The notes beneath the pieces were generated by a model. That model saw only the letters and a list, made by a program, of their open reading frames with translations. It had not been told where the DNA came from and ran no database searches. DNA of 34,030 bases from Stramenopiles sp. TOSAG23-2 (lineage: Eukaryota): contig LT649353.1 of assembly GCA_900128395.1 (NCBI GenBank), positions 1 to 34,030 on the forward strand, given 5' to 3'. The translations under genes and the position numbers were made by a program. Positions 31,038-34,030 of the stretch are shown one piece after another; within the stretch, counting starts at the first letter, position 1; every line of letters starts with the position of its first letter.

Positions 31038-31777
31038 ATTATTTCGAATAGTTTTTTATTTCTAATATAAAAAATAAATAATATTTTTTAAAATAATATT
31101 TGTTAAAAGGTGTATAGATCTGGATTGGTGAAAAGGGTCGGGGGTGGACAAACAGATATTACTGTTTCTTCTTGTCGTAATATATATTTTCTATGTTCAT
31201 CCTCTTCTTATTTAATATATGTGACGACATGATTACCAGGTATTTTTGTATTTTTACATGGTGGTGCCATGCTCTCTCTGTTGGCTGGCCCAGCTGGGCC
31301 AGCTGTGGCATGATGATGTGATAAAAATAAAAAAGATTTGCTGGTTGTTATTGAAATTATTACAATTAGATCTATTCTATGTGCCTATTATTTTTCTTAT
31401 ACAATTGGTCTCCAAATGTCGTAGAATTTAATTTATTTATTTGAATTTTTATTTTGCCTATTATTCAGGTTATTATAAGGTAAAAAAAGAGCGGATGATA
31501 AAAGTTCAACAACAATTTGTTGGTTGGCCCTTTTTTTTTTTATTATACAAAAACTGAAAGATCCAAACTAAAACACACTTCTTCAAAACGAAAAAATAGA
31601 ATAAAAACACGAATAATCGATTTAACTCCCCCAAAATTTAATAAACACCTTTAAACAAGTTGTTTACAACATATTTATTACATTTGAGAGAGTTAAATAG
31701 TATTTTAAAAGGGTTATATCGTTTTCTTTTTTTTCCACGTATCGCCATAGTGGCAATTTTCCATAAAAAAGAAGTAA

Positions 31778-32320
31778 ATGACATCTTTAGAAACACTTCA
31801 TTCTTTGAAAGATAATGAGATAAATAATATAAATAATTGGTATGGACCATACAAATTATTTTATTATTCTACTAAAGATTCAAGGCCATTTGTACCGTCA
31901 AGGCAAAAACTATTCGGTAAATATTTATCAAAAAATAATACTATCAATTTTGCTAATATGGAAGGAAACCTATGGCTTGTTTCAATATTAACATTAAGTA
32001 TATATCCATTGATAAGGAAAAAATATTACAAGAAAGATCAAAATAAAGTATTAGATAAAAAATATAGAATGAAAAAACAAAATTGGTATGGTTTAGGACC
32101 ATTTTTTAGAAATCGTTTTTATTATTGCATGGATGATACACGTGCATTTGTAAAAAGTAATGTAGATGTATTTGAAAGGGGAAACAGATCTAAAATTTGG
32201 TTATGGTTAATTCAAAAAAATCATACATTAAATTTTGCCAACCTTGAAGCAAAACTATGGTTATGTACATTATTTGGACTTGCATTTTATCCACTTTTAC
32301 GGATGAAAATGTATGCATAA
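31778..32320 (+). CDS. Small membrane protein made of two homologous ~80-aa halves, unknown function
   Basis: NWYG...FYY..D(S/T)R.FV.S...KN.T(I/L)NFAN(M/L)E..LWL......YPL.R.K occurs twice. Confidence 0.8.
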   Translation: MTSLETLHSLKDNEINNINNWYGPYKLFYYSTKDSRPFVPSRQKLFGKYLSKNNTINFANMEGNLWLVSILTLSIYPLIRKKYYKKDQNKVLDKKYRMKKQNWYGLGPFFRNRFYYCMDDTRAFVKSNVDVFERGNRSKIWLWLIQKNHTLNFANLEAKLWLCTLFGLAFYPLLRMKMYA

Positions 32321-32821
32321 TTAATATTAAAATAATATAATTTATATAATACGTATAAAATTGAATATATATTGAAAAGGAGAAAATGATTATTTTATAC
32401 GATTCGTAATATAAAATATAACAATACATATTATATATAATATTTTTTAAAATATTTTACTTTTTGTACAGTTGTAAAAAAGAAATTTTAATTTAAAAAT
32501 ATTTTTTATACACACACCGTATGGGTTAAATAGACCAAGTTTAATCTATCTGAGATGTATGTGAAGTTTTTACACTCATATCTCATCTAGAATTTTTTTT
32601 ATTCAAAATCGTTTCCTGGACATTTATGCCCGAGACCACCATATTATCCATAGACTCGGCGGTAATAATACTCCATTAATTCTCATTTATTATATAAATT
32701 GTATAATATATATCGTACTAGCACTTCTCTCTCTGTGTTTTTCTAAAAAAAAAAAAAGGTGTGTGGTGCGTCATTTTGATAATGAGAGGAGGTGTATTTA
32801 TTATGTAATATTATTTTTTTT

Positions 32822-33649
32822 TTATGCATCCTTTTTCTTATTATTACTATCATCTTCTACATCAATATTTTCAACAACCATAAAACTAATACATGCCATT
32901 GGTACAGTTGTATAATTCAACGTTTGCCATAACATTTGTGGATCCCATATTTTACTAGATTGAGAAACTACATCACATGTAATTGCATCAATTGCACCTT
33001 CAATTACACCAATATTATAATTATTTAAATGTGTTTTCTCCGCATCACGTTTTAAATACATTGGTAAATCTTCTGTTACATTATAAATAACAAATGCCAA
33101 TAATATATATTTTACTGCATTGAATTTTTTTTTCTTATTATACATAAGCATATGAATTGCCATTCCAAATGCGCATATAGTCCATATACTATTTTCAATA
33201 AAGAACCAATAATAATGTTTTTTCATAACACCGATAAAACTAATTGTTTGCGCAATTGATATCAAAAATACAACAAGATTTGAAATTTTTGTATTGGCTA
33301 TTAATTGCCTACTTGCCATATAAACAAAAGTTAACTCACCAGTACAAGCGACACAGCGACCCCATAAGGGAGAACATAGTGGAAAGTCCCAAAAACAATC
33401 ACGTTCAACTGTGCAATGCATAAAGATAGCTCTATGCATGTAACAAAAACAAACTATTCGTGCATATCTTCGTAGTTTAGATTCTTGGAAAATTTTTCCA
33501 TAAACTGAGTATAAAAATATCAAAGCAGTTGTTGCACTTAACGATATCCACCATGTCATAGGATCTACTTGTATAATTTTATAGGGTCCAAAACAATAAT
33601 AAATTGTAAAAAAATATAATGTAAATAGTGCAAATGTTGTATATTCCAT
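32822..33649 (-). CDS. Multi-pass membrane protein of unknown function (275 aa)
   Basis: About 7-8 hydrophobic helices with polar motifs VERDCFWD, GRCVACTGEL, IENSIW, EDLPMY, WQTLNYT. Confidence 0.82.
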   Translation of the reverse strand: MEYTTFALFTLYFFTIYYCFGPYKIIQVDPMTWWISLSATTALIFLYSVYGKIFQESKLRRYARIVCFCYMHRAIFMHCTVERDCFWDFPLCSPLWGRCVACTGELTFVYMASRQLIANTKISNLVVFLISIAQTISFIGVMKKHYYWFFIENSIWTICAFGMAIHMLMYNKKKKFNAVKYILLAFVIYNVTEDLPMYLKRDAEKTHLNNYNIGVIEGAIDAITCDVVSQSSKIWDPQMLWQTLNYTTVPMACISFMVVENIDVEDDSNNKKKDA

Positions 33650-34030
33650 ATTTTTGCAAATATGTTTTTTTGTTATAGTTGTTGTTTGTTTATTTGTTTA
33701 TTTATTTATTTTAAGTGTCTTTTAATTGCTTTTTACTTGTTATACATATCTTCCCTTTTCACATTTGTGTGTGTGTTATTTTGAAGGCGGAGCCGTTATT
33801 TGTATTTAATACATAATCAATTTCAATAAAATAGTCTTCTTTTTTTTTTTCAAATATATATTTTAGAATCTTCAACTTAAGCACCTTAAATAGGCTTCAT
33901 TAAAGAGCAAAGAGCTTTAGAGTCTGCCAGTCTGACGACGCAGACTAAAAGAGCTTTTATTAATATAGCATGACCTTAAAGTGCGTACCATTCATTGTTA
34001 TTAGTGTTAAATGAATCGAATTTTCGCTCA

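Noticed and set aside
4377-33649. Endogenous giant-virus region
   Set aside because: No NCLDV core genes; the housekeeping genes and intron are typical of a nuclear genome.

Overview
AT-rich, gene-dense, intron-poor nuclear DNA from a eukaryote, probably a protist. Poly-Asn/poly-Thr runs, (TA)n tracts and a GT-AG intron support this; a stramenopile-like marine protist is my inference, not proven. About 17 genes are supported: kynureninase, DNA polymerase iota, a spliced Ca2+-activated apyrase (CANT1), an NCA2/DGS1 protein, a MOSC/mARC protein, a frameshifted F-box+ankyrin gene, a giant coiled-coil/WW protein, an ependymin-like and an Asp-box secreted protein, a Zn-knuckle/RRM protein, a 5'-incomplete B-box gene, a candidate gustatory-receptor-like 7TM protein, a candidate Hv1-like voltage-sensor protein and several unknowns. 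The most striking signals are architectural. (1) The genes alternate strand almost perfectly. (2) TACGA-N(1-5)-TCGTA palindromes mark most tail-to-tail spacers, while GG(T/C)AATC repeats occur in upstream spacers. (3) A dispersed ~85-bp element sits in three tail-to-tail spacers, once inside a 291-bp presence/absence insertion whose empty site lies next to it. (4) Many gene boundaries carry tandem duplications (units of about 65-245 bp), which may be assembly or haplotype artefacts. All protein calls come from motif recognition by eye; no searches were run. No rRNA, tRNA, CRISPR array or transposase was recognised.
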